Origin: Thermoanaerobaculaceae bacterium | GTDB lineage: Bacteria; Acidobacteriota; Thermoanaerobaculia; Thermoanaerobaculales; Thermoanaerobaculaceae | DNA: 64,000 nucleotides | Assembly: GCA_050018455.1 (NCBI GenBank) | Contig: JBEKAA010000013.1 | Coordinates: forward strand, 14-64,013 | Reading direction: 5' to 3' | Shown: piece after piece, positions 8,663-19,011 of the stretch | Position numbering within the stretch: position 1 is the stretch's first letter | How the letters are laid out: every line of letters begins with the position of its first letter | Program-made: the position numbers and the translations under genes | The notes under the pieces: generated by a model | What the model was told of the DNA's origin: nothing | What the model saw: the letters and a program-made list of their open reading frames with translations, nothing else | Databases searched by the model: none

Positions 8663-9979
8663 CTACAGCACGTATCGAGCAAGATCCTCTCGCCCGAGGA
8701 GAGGCGCCAGCGCCCCCCTCACCGTCCCGGCGTCCACCACAACATGGGTGCCCCGCTGCTCGGGCGCGGTGAACGAGATGTCCTCGAGCACACGCTCGAG
8801 AACCGTCGTGAGGCGACGGGCGCCGATGTTCTCGCCGCTGCGGTTCAGCTCCGCGGCGACGCGCGCGAGCTCCGCGACACCGTCCGTCGTGACCTCGAGC
8901 TCGACCCCCTCGGCGGCCAGCAACGCCTGATGCTGCTTCAACAGGGCGTGCTCCGGCTCGGTCAGGATCCGCAGCAGATCCCCCTCGGAGAGCGCTTCGA
9001 GCTGGACTCGGACCGGAAAGCGGCCCTGCAACTCCGGGATGAGGTCGGAGGGCTTGGCCACGTGGAACGCTCCCGCCGCGATGAACAGCACATGGTCGGT
9101 GGACACCTGGCCGTAGCGCGTGTTGACCGTGGTTCCCTCGACGAGGGGCAAGAGGTCACGTTGCACGCCTTCGCGCGAGACGTCGGGCCCCGCGCCGGGG
9201 GCGTTCCGCGAAGCGATCTTGTCGATCTCATCCAGGAAGACGATTCCGCTCTCCTGGGCCCGGTCCACGCCCTCCCGCTCGGCGGCTTCGCGGTCCACCA
9301 GGCGTTCGACCTCCTCGGCTTCCAGGAGCTTGCGGGCCTCGCGGACGGTGACCCGACGCCGCTCCCGCTTGGAGAACACGCCCCCAAGGGCATCACGAAG
9401 GTTCATCTCGAGGCTCTCCATGCCCTGGCCGCCAAACAGGTTGAGGACCGGCGCGCGGCTCTGCGCGATCTCCACCTCCACCTCGCGTTCCTCGAGCGAT
9501 CCGTCGCGCAGCAGACGACGCAGGCCGCGTCTTGATTCCTCACGGCTTTCCGGTGCCGCGGTCGGCAGCAGCATGTCGAGGATCCGGTCTTCGGCGGCGC
9601 GCTGGGCCGCAATGCGCACTGACACTGCGCGCTCCTCGCGCACCGTCGCGACCGCGGCCTCCACCAGGTCGCGCATGATGGAGTCCACATCCCGTCCGAC
9701 GTAGCCGACCTCGGTGAACTTGGAGGCCTCAACCTTGACGAAGGGCGCGTTGGCGAGCCGCGCGAGGCGGCGCGCGATCTCGGTCTTGCCGACGCCGGTC
9801 GGCCCGATCAGGATGATGTTGGCCGGGACCACTTCGCGGCGCAGCTCCTCCGACAGCTGCCGGCGACGCCAGCGGTTCCGCAGCGCGATCGCCACCGCGC
9901 GCTTCGCCGCCCCCTGCCCGACGATGTATCGGTCGAGCTCCGCGACGACCTCCCTCGGGGTGTACACCGGGGCGCTCAC
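8663..9979 (-). CDS. hslU: ATP-dependent protease ATPase subunit HslU
   Basis: 438 aa. [16 protein letters not shown] and Walker [16 protein letters not shown]. 4-nt overlap with hslV. Confidence 0.95.
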   Translation of the reverse strand: MSAPVYTPREVVAELDRYIVGQGAAKRAVAIALRNRWRRRQLSEELRREVVPANIILIGPTGVGKTEIARRLARLANAPFVKVEASKFTEVGYVGRDVDSIMRDLVEAAVATVREERAVSVRIAAQRAAEDRILDMLLPTAAPESREESRRGLRRLLRDGSLEEREVEVEIAQSRAPVLNLFGGQGMESLEMNLRDALGGVFSKRERRRVTVREARKLLEAEEVERLVDREAAEREGVDRAQESGIVFLDEIDKIASRNAPGAGPDVSREGVQRDLLPLVEGTTVNTRYGQVSTDHVLFIAAGAFHVAKPSDLIPELQGRFPVRVQLEALSEGDLLRILTEPEHALLKQHQALLAAEGVELEVTTDGVAELARVAAELNRSGENIGARRLTTVLERVLEDISFTAPEQRGTHVVVDAGTVRGALAPLLGREDLARYVL

Positions 9980-10515
9980 GGAACCACCTCGACCGTGACG
10001 TGCTCGTTGGTGTAGAGGTCGATCCCCGCTGCGATGCGGAGCGCCTCGCGCGCGACCTCCGCGGCTTCGAGCGTCGAGTGGGCGATCAAGGCGCGCGCCG
10101 CCCCCAGCGCCACCGGCCCGCCGGAGCCGATCGCCAGCACGCCGTCGTCAGGAACGACGACCTCGCCGGACCCGGAAAGGAGCAGGAGGTGCTCCCGGTC
10201 CGCGACGATCATCATCGCCTCAAGGTGGCGGAGGGCGCGGTCGGTTCGCCAATCGCGCGCCAGCTCCACGGCGGCTCGCTCCAGGTTGCCGGCAAACTCC
10301 TCGAACTTCGCCTCGAAACGGGTGAACAGGGCAAGCGCGTCCGCAACCGAGCCCGCGAACCCCGCCAGGACCCTCCCGCCGCCCAGACGTCGCAGCTTGG
10401 TAGCTCCGTGCTTGAGGATAGTGTTGCCGAGCGTGACCTGACCGTCGCACGCCATCGCGGTGACCCCGTCCCGGCGTACAGCGCAGATGGTCGTGTGGTG
10501 CCAACGAATGCGCAT
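9976..10515 (-). CDS. hslV: ATP-dependent protease subunit HslV
   Basis: [10 protein letters not shown]...DGQVTLGNT core. GGGAGGTGG SD. Seven residues (MRIRWHH) precede the TT nucleophile. Confidence 0.95.
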   Translation of the reverse strand: MRIRWHHTTICAVRRDGVTAMACDGQVTLGNTILKHGATKLRRLGGGRVLAGFAGSVADALALFTRFEAKFEEFAGNLERAAVELARDWRTDRALRHLEAMMIVADREHLLLLSGSGEVVVPDDGVLAIGSGGPVALGAARALIAHSTLEAAEVAREALRIAAGIDLYTNEHVTVEVVP

Positions 10516-10600
10516 GTACCACCTCCCGCCTCAGACTACAGCCGCCGAACCTCCCCACCAGGTGCGCGTATCCTATACCAGCCGGCGTCCGCCGGTGCCT

Positions 10601-11482
10601 ATGCCGACCGGAGAGCTCGCGGCCCTCGCCACCGCCCTGCTATGGGCATTCACTGGCCTCTTCTTCGCGGAAGCCGCGCGCCGGATCGGGGCGTTGCGGG
10701 TCAACCTCTTGCGGTTGCCGCTGGCGCTCGTCCTGCTCACGGCCACCATGGTTCTCGCCGGTCCGGCCTTCGCCACAGTCAACCGCCACCGGGTCTATTA
10801 CCTCGCCTTGAGCGGCATCGTCGGTCTCGTGATCGGAGATCTCGCTTTGTTCGAGGCACTGCGGCGCATCGGGGCAAGGCTTTCGCTGCTCGTGATGGCC
10901 ATGGCGCCGATCTTTGCCTCACTTGCAGGGCTGATGCTGCTCAAAGAGCAACCCGGCCGCACGGCGCTGCTTGGGATTGCCACCACCCTTGCAGGTGTGT
11001 CCTGGGTGGTGGGCGAGCGCAAGGCTGGGGAGGTGAGTGGCCATCGGGAGATCCCTGGCGTCGCACTCGCGGTCGTGGGCGCCGTGTGCCAGGGGGTGGG
11101 GCTCGTGCTGGCCAAGATCGGCATGGCGGGGGAGATGCCGGCGCTCACCGGGACCTGGGTCCGGATGGCTGCCGCCACATCGCTGATCTGGACGCTCACG
11201 GCACTCACCGGCCGGGTGTGTGCCCTCGACGTGTCCGGGTCGGTGCGTCGTGCCTGGCCGTTCCTCTTGGGCGGGGCCGTGTTTGGCCCATTCCTCGGAG
11301 TTTGGATGTCACTCGTGGCCGCCCGCCACACCGACGTGGGGATCGCAGCAACCCTGATGGCGACCACTCCCGTGCTCGTGATCCCGCTTCTGATGGCCAC
11401 GGAACGCTACCGGCCGACAGCCCGCGCGCTCACTGGCACTGTGGTCACACTCGTTGGCATCGCCTTGCTCTTCTCGAGCTGA
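10601..11482 (+). CDS. EamA/DMT-family transporter
   Basis: About ten hydrophobic segments in two EamA-like halves. Start moved to ATG 10601 because the ORF-track extension overlaps hslV. Confidence 0.8.
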   Translation: MPTGELAALATALLWAFTGLFFAEAARRIGALRVNLLRLPLALVLLTATMVLAGPAFATVNRHRVYYLALSGIVGLVIGDLALFEALRRIGARLSLLVMAMAPIFASLAGLMLLKEQPGRTALLGIATTLAGVSWVVGERKAGEVSGHREIPGVALAVVGAVCQGVGLVLAKIGMAGEMPALTGTWVRMAAATSLIWTLTALTGRVCALDVSGSVRRAWPFLLGGAVFGPFLGVWMSLVAARHTDVGIAATLMATTPVLVIPLLMATERYRPTARALTGTVVTLVGIALLFSS

Positions 11483-11609
11483 CGGGGCGTTTCGCGCGCG
11501 GAACGCATCGCGTCGGCGCTGGAGGCCCTCGCGCGGCGGCCCGAGCAGCGCTGACCGAGCCTCAAAAACCTCCGACACCCTCTTGGCCAGGGGCACCAAA
11601 TTCCTGCAT

Positions 11610-12506
11610 TCACGCCTTCGGATGCGCTTTGTTGTAGGTGTCCATCAGGTGGGCGAGGTCGAGGTGCGTGTAGCGCTGGGTGGTGGACAGCGAGGCGTGG
11701 CCGAGCAACTCCTGAATCGCGCGCAGGTCCATCCCCGCTTCGAGCAGGTGCGTGGCGAACGCGTGGCGCAGCGTGTGGGGGTGGATGTGAGTCACCATCG
11801 CCACGCGGAAAACCGCGGCGTCGAGGATGCGGCGCAAGGAGCGGTCCGACAGCCTCCCGCCGCGCTGGTTGACGAAGAGCGGCTCGCCGGACGGCAGCTC
11901 CCGGCCGTGGAAGCGCCAGGCCGCACGGTCGGGAAGGTACGCGCGGATGGCGCGCTCGGCCTCGCGCCCGAACGGGACAAGGCGCTCCTTGCCGCCCTTG
12001 CCGCGCACCCGGGCGAGCCTCCGGTTGAGGTCCACGTCGTCGAGGTCGAGCCCCACCAGCTCGCTCGCGCGCAGCCCGGACCCGTAAAGCAGCTCGAGCG
12101 ACGCGCGGTCGCGCCGTCCCGCGGGGTCCTGCGGCAGCGCCTCGAGCAGCTCGGCGAGCTGGGGCGACGTCACGACCTCCGGCAACTTCTTGGGGGCTCG
12201 CGGGGTCGGCACGACCTTGGCAGGGTTGGTCTCCACCTCGCCTTCGCGGCCCAGAAACCGGAAGTACGTGCGCAGCGCGGCGAGCGCCCGCTGCGTTGAG
12301 ACGCGGGCGAGCTTTCTGCCGTGCAGGTGCGCAAGGTAGGCGCGGATGACGTTCGCGCTCACCCCGCGCGGGCCGGTGCACCCCATCTCGCTGCCCGCGA
12401 AGGCGACGAACTGCGAAACTTCGCGCTCGTACGCCCGCAGCGTGTTGGGCGAGAGGTTGCGCTCGTCGCGCACGTAGGCGGTGAACTCGTCGAGACGCCA
12501 GGGCAC
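11610..12506 (-). CDS. xerC: Tyrosine recombinase XerC/XerD family
   Basis: NTLRAYEREVSQF N-domain; HTLRHAFATHLL...LLGHASLSTTQRYTHL catalytic region. GTG 12506 chosen because TACAAT lies 6 nt upstream. Synteny with hslVU resembles codV. Confidence 0.85.
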   Translation of the reverse strand: MPWRLDEFTAYVRDERNLSPNTLRAYEREVSQFVAFAGSEMGCTGPRGVSANVIRAYLAHLHGRKLARVSTQRALAALRTYFRFLGREGEVETNPAKVVPTPRAPKKLPEVVTSPQLAELLEALPQDPAGRRDRASLELLYGSGLRASELVGLDLDDVDLNRRLARVRGKGGKERLVPFGREAERAIRAYLPDRAAWRFHGRELPSGEPLFVNQRGGRLSDRSLRRILDAAVFRVAMVTHIHPHTLRHAFATHLLEAGMDLRAIQELLGHASLSTTQRYTHLDLAHLMDTYNKAHPKA

Positions 12507-12512
12507 CCGGGC

Positions 12513-12518
12513 ATTGTA
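12513..12518 (-). promoter_or_regulatory. -10 box TACAAT, 6 nt from the xerC GTG (leaderless-type)
   Basis: The minus strand reads GGAGGC TACAAT GCCCGG GTG. Confidence 0.4.
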
Positions 12519-12591
12519 GCCTCCGGCTTGACCGGCCGCGCCGATACCCGATAATGCCCCGAGCCTCGCCGCTGCGAGGCTGCCACTGGCC

Positions 12592-14421
12592 ATGTGCGGA
12601 ATCGCCGCCATCTGCAGCTTCGATCCCCGCGGACCCGCCGTGGATCGGGAGGAGCTCCTCCGGATCCGTGACTCGATGGCCTCCCGCGGGCCCGACGGAT
12701 CCGGCGAGTGGTTCTCTCCCGACGGGCGCGTGGGTCTAGGCCACCGCCGCCTCGCCATCATCGACCTCTCCGCCACGGGCGACCAGCCGATGGTCAGTGC
12801 GGACGGCACGAGAGTCATCGTCTTCAACGGCGAGATCTACAACTATCGCGAGCTGCGGTCGCTGCTGCCGGACGGCGGCGCGGGCTTGCGCGGCACCTCC
12901 GACACCGAGGTGCTGCTCGAGTTGTACGCCGTCATGGGCACCGAGATGCTCCCGCGCCTCCTGGGGATGTTCGCCTTCGCGCTGTACGACATCAAGGCCG
13001 GCAAGACGCTCCTCGCGCGCGACCTCTACGGCGTCAAACCGCTGTACTACACGGCCGGCTCCGGGTGCGTGCGGATCGCATCCCAGGTGAAGGCATTGCT
13101 CGCCGGCGGGCGGGTTTCGCGCCGCCAGGACCCGGCCGGCGTGGTCGGCTTCTTCCTGCGCGGCTCGGTGCCCGAGCCGTTCACGCTCTACGAGGCGATC
13201 CGTGCGCTCCCTGCGGGCAGCTACGCGTGGGTCGACGAGCGCGGGGTGGCGGCGCCGCGCGCGTATGCGTCCATCGCGGAGATCCTCGCAGAGGCCGTGC
13301 GCAATCCGGCCAGGGTCTCCGAACAGGAGAGGGTCGAGCGGATGCGGCAGGCGTTCCTCGATTCGGTCCGCCACCACCTCGTGTCGGACGTGCGGGTCGG
13401 CGCGTTCCTGTCGTCCGGTCGTGATTCGACGTCGATCATCGGCCTGGCCCGCGACGCGGGCGCCGTGGATCTCAAGACGGTGACTCTCGCATTCACCGAG
13501 TACCAGGGTACGGTCCGCGACGAGGCGCCTCTCGCGGAGGAAGTCGCCCGTTACTACGGTACGGACCACACCACGCGGCTCATTTCGAAGGACGAGTTTC
13601 AGCGGGAGTTCCCGAAGGTCATCGAGGCGATGGACCAGCCCACGGTGGACGCGGTCAACTCGTACTTCGTGAGCCGCGCCGTTGCGGAAGTCGGAATCAA
13701 GGTGGCGCTCTCCGGCACGGGAGGCGACGAGCTCCTCGGCGGGTACTTCACCTACTGGAAGGTGCCGCTCGCGGTGCGCGTCTGGGGGATCCCGTCGCGC
13801 GTCCCGTTCCTCGGGGACGCGGTCCTGGCGGCGTATCGGGCGCTCGCCCCGAAGCGCAGCGCGCGCGTGAGCCCGAAGAGCGGCGCCGTCATCAAGTACA
13901 GCCGCGACTACCCGAACGCGTACTTCGTGCTGCGCGCGATGTTCATGCCGTGGGAGCTCGGCGAGATCGTCGGCGAGGAGGTCGCCCGGGAGGGGATGCG
14001 GCGGCTCGACCCGGTCGGGCTGTTCACCCAAGGCCTCGAGCCCGACCCGGGGCGGGCGTTCGAGCGGATCGTGGCGCTCGACTCGCGTTTCTACATGAAG
14101 GACCAGCTCTTGCGCGACGTCGACTGGGCCAGCATGGCGCACTCGCTCGAGGTGCGGGTGCCGCTCGTCGAAGCGCACCTGTTGCGCGCGGTGGCGCCGC
14201 TGTTGGTGCACGCGCACGGCGACCGCAAGCGCTACCTGCCCGCGAGTCCCTCCAAGCCGCTGCCGCCCGCCGTGTTCACCCGCAAGAAGACCGGGTTCTC
14301 CGTCCCCCTCCGGCAGTGGGTGCTGGGCGGCAAGTTGGGATCGAAGGGGAGCGACTTCGCGATGCGGGGGTGGGCCCGCCGTCTCTACGACACCGCGTTC
14401 CGGCCGGAAGGAGGGATCTGA
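12592..14421 (+). CDS. asnB: Asparagine synthase (glutamine-hydrolysing)
   Basis: N-terminal MCGI nucleophile, 609 aa, and a PP-loop-like FLSSGRDST. Confidence 0.9.
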   Translation: MCGIAAICSFDPRGPAVDREELLRIRDSMASRGPDGSGEWFSPDGRVGLGHRRLAIIDLSATGDQPMVSADGTRVIVFNGEIYNYRELRSLLPDGGAGLRGTSDTEVLLELYAVMGTEMLPRLLGMFAFALYDIKAGKTLLARDLYGVKPLYYTAGSGCVRIASQVKALLAGGRVSRRQDPAGVVGFFLRGSVPEPFTLYEAIRALPAGSYAWVDERGVAAPRAYASIAEILAEAVRNPARVSEQERVERMRQAFLDSVRHHLVSDVRVGAFLSSGRDSTSIIGLARDAGAVDLKTVTLAFTEYQGTVRDEAPLAEEVARYYGTDHTTRLISKDEFQREFPKVIEAMDQPTVDAVNSYFVSRAVAEVGIKVALSGTGGDELLGGYFTYWKVPLAVRVWGIPSRVPFLGDAVLAAYRALAPKRSARVSPKSGAVIKYSRDYPNAYFVLRAMFMPWELGEIVGEEVAREGMRRLDPVGLFTQGLEPDPGRAFERIVALDSRFYMKDQLLRDVDWASMAHSLEVRVPLVEAHLLRAVAPLLVHAHGDRKRYLPASPSKPLPPAVFTRKKTGFSVPLRQWVLGGKLGSKGSDFAMRGWARRLYDTAFRPEGGI

Positions 14422-14966
14422 ACCTGCCGAGGCTCTTCGCCTTCAACAAGCCCCGCAGGGTCGTGGTGTCACGGGTGAGGGAGGGAGGCGCAAGCACCGT
14501 CTTCGAGATGCTTCGCCCCGAGCGCCGCGACTGGTTCGCGGTCGGGCGCCTCGACAAGGACTCCGAAGGGCTGCTTCTGTTCTGCGACGACTCGCGCTTC
14601 GCGCAGCTCCTGATGGACCCGGGAGCCGTCGCCAAGACCTACCTTGTGGCCGTCGAGGGATTCCCCCGCGAGCACGATCTGGAAGGGATGCGCCGCGGCG
14701 GATTCGTGATCGAAGGGCAACCCGCGCTCCCCGCCGAGGTGCGCCGGCTCGGCAAGGCGCCCCGCGGCGGAACTCGTTTCGAGGTCGTGCTCCACGAGGG
14801 ACGAAACCGAGAGATCCGGCGCCTGTTCCTCGCGGCGGGGTTCAACGTCCGGCGACTCGTCCGCACCGCAATCGGTCCCGTCGACCTCGGCGACCTGCGC
14901 CAGGGCGAGGGCCGCGAACTCACATCCTCGGAAGTCGCGGCACTCCGCAGGCTCGCAGTGCCCTGA
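14418..14966 (+). CDS. Pseudouridine synthase, RsuA/RluE-like, without S4 domain
   Basis: FAFNKPRRVV and GRLDKDSEGLLL catalytic motif, plus EGRNREIRR. No ATG/GTG/TTG lies ahead of the conserved core. CTG at 14418 or 14424 follows GGAAGGAGGG. Confidence 0.7.
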   Translation: MNLPRLFAFNKPRRVVVSRVREGGASTVFEMLRPERRDWFAVGRLDKDSEGLLLFCDDSRFAQLLMDPGAVAKTYLVAVEGFPREHDLEGMRRGGFVIEGQPALPAEVRRLGKAPRGGTRFEVVLHEGRNREIRRLFLAAGFNVRRLVRTAIGPVDLGDLRQGEGRELTSSEVAALRRLAVP

Positions 14967-14983
14967 ACCCTAGATCCCTCGCA

Positions 14984-15003
14984 CCGAACGGCCGGCCGTT
15001 CGG
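14984..15003. terminator. Perfect 20-nt palindrome between convergent genes (possible bidirectional terminator)
   Basis: CCGAACGGCCGGCCGTTCGG lies between the pseudouridine synthase and trmFO 3' ends. There is no clear U-tract. Confidence 0.4.
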
Positions 15004-15048
15004 CGGGCGACCGCTACGGCCGACCAGCGGCCAGGCCTCTTCTGCGCC

Positions 15049-16407
15049 CTACGCCCGGTGCCCGAGCAGGGTGGGAGGAATGACGGGGACCGCCCATCCG
15101 ACCGCGGCCCGCCACGAAACAATCGCCTCGAGCGCGGCGGCCACAGCGGCCTTGCGGCGTTGCCCCTTCTCCCGCGGCAGCTCGGTCATCGGGTCGCTCA
15201 TCAGCCCCCAGGCGGCGTTGGCCGGCTGAAACCGGTGCGGCGGGCGCTCGGTGAGGTGACGCACGAGCCCGCCGTGCGCGGTCCACGGCGGAGGCGGCGG
15301 AAGATCGAGCCCCCGCAGTTCGGAGGCGAGCGACAGTCCGGCCAGAAGCCCGATCGCCGCGGACTCGACGTACCCCTCCACGCCGTTGAGCTGTCCCGCG
15401 AGGCGCACCGACGGACGGGCCTTCAGGCGGAGCTGCGCGTCGAGGTGCTTCGGGGCGCAGATGAACGTGTTGCGGTGGATCATCCCGAGCCGCACGAAGC
15501 GGGCGTTCTCGAGGCCGGGGATCGTGCGGAACACCTGCTGTTGCGCCGCGAACGTCATGCGGGTCTGGAAGCCCACGAGGTTCCACTGCGACGCCGCAAG
15601 GTCGTCGCGGCGGAGCTGGACCACGGCGTACGGATGGCGCCCTGTGGCGGGGTCCTGCAACCCCACCGGCTTCATCGGACCGTACCGCAGGGTGTCGACC
15701 CCACGCTCGGCCATCACCTCGATCGGCAGGCACCCCTCGAAGTACGGAACGTCGCGCTCGAACTCCCTCTCGGCAACCTTCTCCGCGGCGCGCAGGGCTT
15801 TCACGAAGCCCAGGTATGCCTCGCGGTCCATCGCTGCGTTGAGGTAGTCGTCCCCACCCTTGCCGTAGCGCGAGGCGCGGAACAGCCTGGTCATCTCCAG
15901 CGAGTCCGCCATGACGACCGGAGCGATCGCGTCGAAGAACGAGAGCGAACCCTCGCCGAGTAGAGCCGACAACGACTCGTGGAGGGCAGGTGCCGTGAGA
16001 GGACCGGTGGCGACGATCGCCGGGCCGTCGGGCACCGCGCGAACCTCCTCTCGCGCAACGGTGATCAGCGGGTGGCCCCCGATCGCTCCCTCGACGCCGG
16101 CGGCGAACGCCTCGCGGTCGACCGCCAGCGCGTCCCCGGCCGGGAGAGCTGCGGCCCTCGCAGTGGCCATGATGAGCGAGCCCATCGAAGCCATCTCACG
16201 CTTGAGCAGGCCAACGGCGTTCTCTGGATTGTCGGAGCGCAGCGAGTTGGAGCAGACAAGCTCGGCCAGGTCGCCGGTGCGGTGGGCGGGCGTCGACACG
16301 CCCGGGCGCATCTCCACCAAGCGCACGGCTGCGCCGGCGCACGCGAGCTGCCAGGCAGCCTCGCACCCGGCGAGACCACCTCCGACAACGGTCACGCGAT
16401 CGGTCAC
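15049..16407 (-). CDS. trmFO: Methylenetetrahydrofolate--tRNA-(uracil-5-)-methyltransferase TrmFO
   Basis: VTVVGGGLAGCEAAWQLA FAD motif, 452 aa, Gid/TrmFO-like throughout. 4-nt overlap with topA. Confidence 0.9.
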   Translation of the reverse strand: MTDRVTVVGGGLAGCEAAWQLACAGAAVRLVEMRPGVSTPAHRTGDLAELVCSNSLRSDNPENAVGLLKREMASMGSLIMATARAAALPAGDALAVDREAFAAGVEGAIGGHPLITVAREEVRAVPDGPAIVATGPLTAPALHESLSALLGEGSLSFFDAIAPVVMADSLEMTRLFRASRYGKGGDDYLNAAMDREAYLGFVKALRAAEKVAEREFERDVPYFEGCLPIEVMAERGVDTLRYGPMKPVGLQDPATGRHPYAVVQLRRDDLAASQWNLVGFQTRMTFAAQQQVFRTIPGLENARFVRLGMIHRNTFICAPKHLDAQLRLKARPSVRLAGQLNGVEGYVESAAIGLLAGLSLASELRGLDLPPPPPWTAHGGLVRHLTERPPHRFQPANAAWGLMSDPMTELPREKGQRRKAAVAAALEAIVSWRAAVGWAVPVIPPTLLGHRA

Positions 16408-18803
16408 TTCGCGCGCGGTTTCCGCGCCTTCGCGTGCTTGCGCGCCGTGACCTTCGGAGGCTTGACGGCCACAGGCCCTGCATCACCCTCCGAGGCCTCC
16501 GCGGGCTGGGTATCGCCGCGGGTCGCCTGGCCTTCAGCCGGACCGCGGAAGCCGCATCCGTCCTTCGCGCAGACCCACTCGACGCCCCGCCGGACCGTCG
16601 TCTTCTCCATCACGAAGGGAGCACCGCACGATGGGCAGGCGCAGAGCACCGGCTTGGCCGGCAGCGTGAACGAGCACTTCGGGTAGCGGTTGCACCCCCA
16701 GAAGGAGCGTCCGCGCCGGGAGCGCTTCTCGACGATCTCGCCTTCCTCGCACTCGGGGCACGCCACGCCGCTGGGCGTGTTGGGGCTGGCTTTGCCGGTC
16801 GTAAGCTTGCGAATCCCCTTGCACTCCGGGTAGCGCGAGCACGCCCAGAACTGCCCGAACCGCGAGCGCTTGAGAACCATCGGCGAGCTGCACTCCGGGC
16901 ACGACGGGGCCTCGGGAGTGATCCCCGGAGCGCCGGGCTCGCGAGTCGTCTTGCACGTCGGGTAGTTGGAGCAGGCAAGGTACTCGCCATACCGCCCGAA
17001 GCGCAGCAACATGGGGGCGCCGCAGGTCGGGCAGGTCTGGTCGGTGGCGACGCCCTGACGCTTCACCGAGGTCATCTCGGCCTTCGCCCGCTCGAGGTCG
17101 GCGGTGAACGAAGCCCAGAAACGCGCGATCGCTTTGTGCCAGTCGAGCTTGCCCTCGGCTATGGCGTCCAGCTCTTCCTCCATCCGCGCCGTGTACGTCT
17201 CGTTGATGAGATCGCCGAAGGAGCCGATCAGGAGGCGGCTGACCAGCTTGCCGAGTTCGGTCGGGAAGAACGTCCCCTTCTGGCGCTCGACGTACGAGCG
17301 GTCGGAGAGCGTCGCGATGATCTGGGCGTACGTCGACGGGCGCCCGATGCCGTTCTCCTCCAGCGCCTTGACCAGTGTGGACTCGGTGAAGCGGGGCGGC
17401 GGCTGGGTGAACTTCTGCGTCGAGGCGAGCTCTTCAAGGGCGAGCGTCTCCCCATCCGCCAAAACCGGCAGACGCCTGGAGGTCGGCTCCTCGTCCTCCT
17501 GCTCCTGGGCCGGCTTCTCGCCGGCCTGCGGCTCCTCCTCCTCGCGATAGACGCGGAGGAACCCGGCGTCCACCTCGACCTCGCCGCGCGCCTTGAAACC
17601 GTAGCGTCCGGCTTCGACGAGTACGTCGGTAACGTCGAACTCCGCCGGCGTCATCTGCGAGGCGACGAAACGTTGCCAGATCAGCGTGTAGAGCTTGAGC
17701 TCGTCGGCGGAGAGGTGACGGGCCACCGACTCCGGTGTGCGAGCCGGGTCCGTGGGACGGATCGCCTCGTGGGCGTCCTGCGCCTCCGAGCGGTTCTTGA
17801 AGAAGTTGGGTTTCTCGGGGAGGAACCCGGCGCCGTACTGGGACGCGATCAGATCGCGAACGGCAGCCAGCGCCTCGGCGGCAACCCGCACGGAGTCGGT
17901 GCGCATGTAGGTGATCAGGCCGACCCTCTCCCCGCCGCCGAGGTCCACGCCCTCGTAGAGTTTCTGGGCGAGTTGCATCGTCCTCCGGACCGGGTAGTGG
18001 TGGCGCTTGTACGCGGCCTGCTGCAGCTTGGCCGTCACGAACGGGGGTGCGGCCTTCTGCTGCCGGCGCCGTTTGTTGACCTTGGCGACGACGAAGCGAT
18101 TGCCTTCGACCTCGGCTTTGACGGCCGCCGCAGTCTCGCCGTCGTGCACCGTGAACTTCTTGCCGTCGCGTTGTGCCAGACGCGCCACGAAGGCGGGTGG
18201 GAGCGATGCGGCCAGGCGTGCGTCGAGGTGCCAGTACTCTTCGGGGACGAACGCCTCGATCTCGGCCTCGCGGTCGCAGATCATCTTGAGGGCCACCGAT
18301 TGGACCCGGCCCGCCGACAGCCCCCGCTTGACCTTGTCCCAGAGCAGAGGGGAGAGCTTGTAGCCCATCAGCCGGTCGAGCACCCGTCGAGCCTGCTGGG
18401 AATCGACGAGGTACTGGTCGACAGGGCGGGGATTGGCAATCGCCTCGGCAACGGCGCGTTTCGTGATCTCGTGAAACATGACCCGCTCGATCGGTTTGCC
18501 GCTGCCCTCGAGGAGCTCCGCGAGGTGCCACCCGATCGCCTCGCCCTCACGGTCGGGGTCGGTGGCGAGCAGCACCCGGTCCGCCCGCGCGGCCGCCGCC
18601 TGGATCTCGGCGATGACCTTGCGCTTCGCCGGCAGCGCCTGGTAGATCGGCTCGAAGCCGTGCTCGATGTCGATTCCGAGGTCGTTCTTCGGCAGGTCGC
18701 GCACGTGGCCGACAGAAGCTATGACGGAATACCCCTTGCCGAGGTACCGACCCAGCGTCCGCGCCTTGGCGGGGGACTCCACGATGACGAGCGAATCGGC
18801 CAC
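16404..18803 (-). CDS. topA: DNA topoisomerase I
   Basis: Toprim LVIVESPAKA, four C-terminal C4 zinc ribbons and a Lys-rich tail. GTG 18803 is preceded by GGAGGA. The ORF-track extension to 19100 was rejected. Confidence 0.95.
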   Translation of the reverse strand: MADSLVIVESPAKARTLGRYLGKGYSVIASVGHVRDLPKNDLGIDIEHGFEPIYQALPAKRKVIAEIQAAAARADRVLLATDPDREGEAIGWHLAELLEGSGKPIERVMFHEITKRAVAEAIANPRPVDQYLVDSQQARRVLDRLMGYKLSPLLWDKVKRGLSAGRVQSVALKMICDREAEIEAFVPEEYWHLDARLAASLPPAFVARLAQRDGKKFTVHDGETAAAVKAEVEGNRFVVAKVNKRRRQQKAAPPFVTAKLQQAAYKRHHYPVRRTMQLAQKLYEGVDLGGGERVGLITYMRTDSVRVAAEALAAVRDLIASQYGAGFLPEKPNFFKNRSEAQDAHEAIRPTDPARTPESVARHLSADELKLYTLIWQRFVASQMTPAEFDVTDVLVEAGRYGFKARGEVEVDAGFLRVYREEEEPQAGEKPAQEQEDEEPTSRRLPVLADGETLALEELASTQKFTQPPPRFTESTLVKALEENGIGRPSTYAQIIATLSDRSYVERQKGTFFPTELGKLVSRLLIGSFGDLINETYTARMEEELDAIAEGKLDWHKAIARFWASFTADLERAKAEMTSVKRQGVATDQTCPTCGAPMLLRFGRYGEYLACSNYPTCKTTREPGAPGITPEAPSCPECSSPMVLKRSRFGQFWACSRYPECKGIRKLTTGKASPNTPSGVACPECEEGEIVEKRSRRGRSFWGCNRYPKCSFTLPAKPVLCACPSCGAPFVMEKTTVRRGVEWVCAKDGCGFRGPAEGQATRGDTQPAEASEGDAGPVAVKPPKVTARKHAKARKPRAK

Positions 18804-19011
18804 GTTTCCTCCGGGGGTGCACTCTAGCAGCGCTGTCAAGAGGAGCCGGGCGCCGCGCCGTCCGTCCGTGGCGACATGCCGTCCCTTGCAGCAGGGGTCC
18901 CGGGTCGCAACGGGCGGAGACAGGGCAGTTTCCAGCGCATCGACGATGGCACACCCCTTGCGGTACGGTACCCTGACTGAAAAGCGCCGAACTCGGCGAC
19001 AAGGAGGGAGT

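Noticed and set aside
10000-11637. 545-aa plus ORF overlapping hslV and the EamA gene
   Set aside because: It is antisense or out of frame to two supported genes, and Arg/Gly/Pro-rich. It is a high-GC artefact.
11610-12827. Long form of the recombinase (405 aa), and the idea that it marks an integrated mobile element carrying asnB and the pseudouridine synthase
   Set aside because: The extension overlaps asnB and is non-homologous. A TACAAT-N6-GTG at 12506 gives a normal 298-aa Xer protein. The synteny with trmFO and hslVU is the housekeeping codV/xerC context. No tRNA, att-like direct repeats or compositional shift flank the neighbouring genes.
18463-18478. Second parS candidate inside topA (…CTCGTGAAACA)
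   Set aside because: Only the right half-site matches the consensus and the left half is unrelated.
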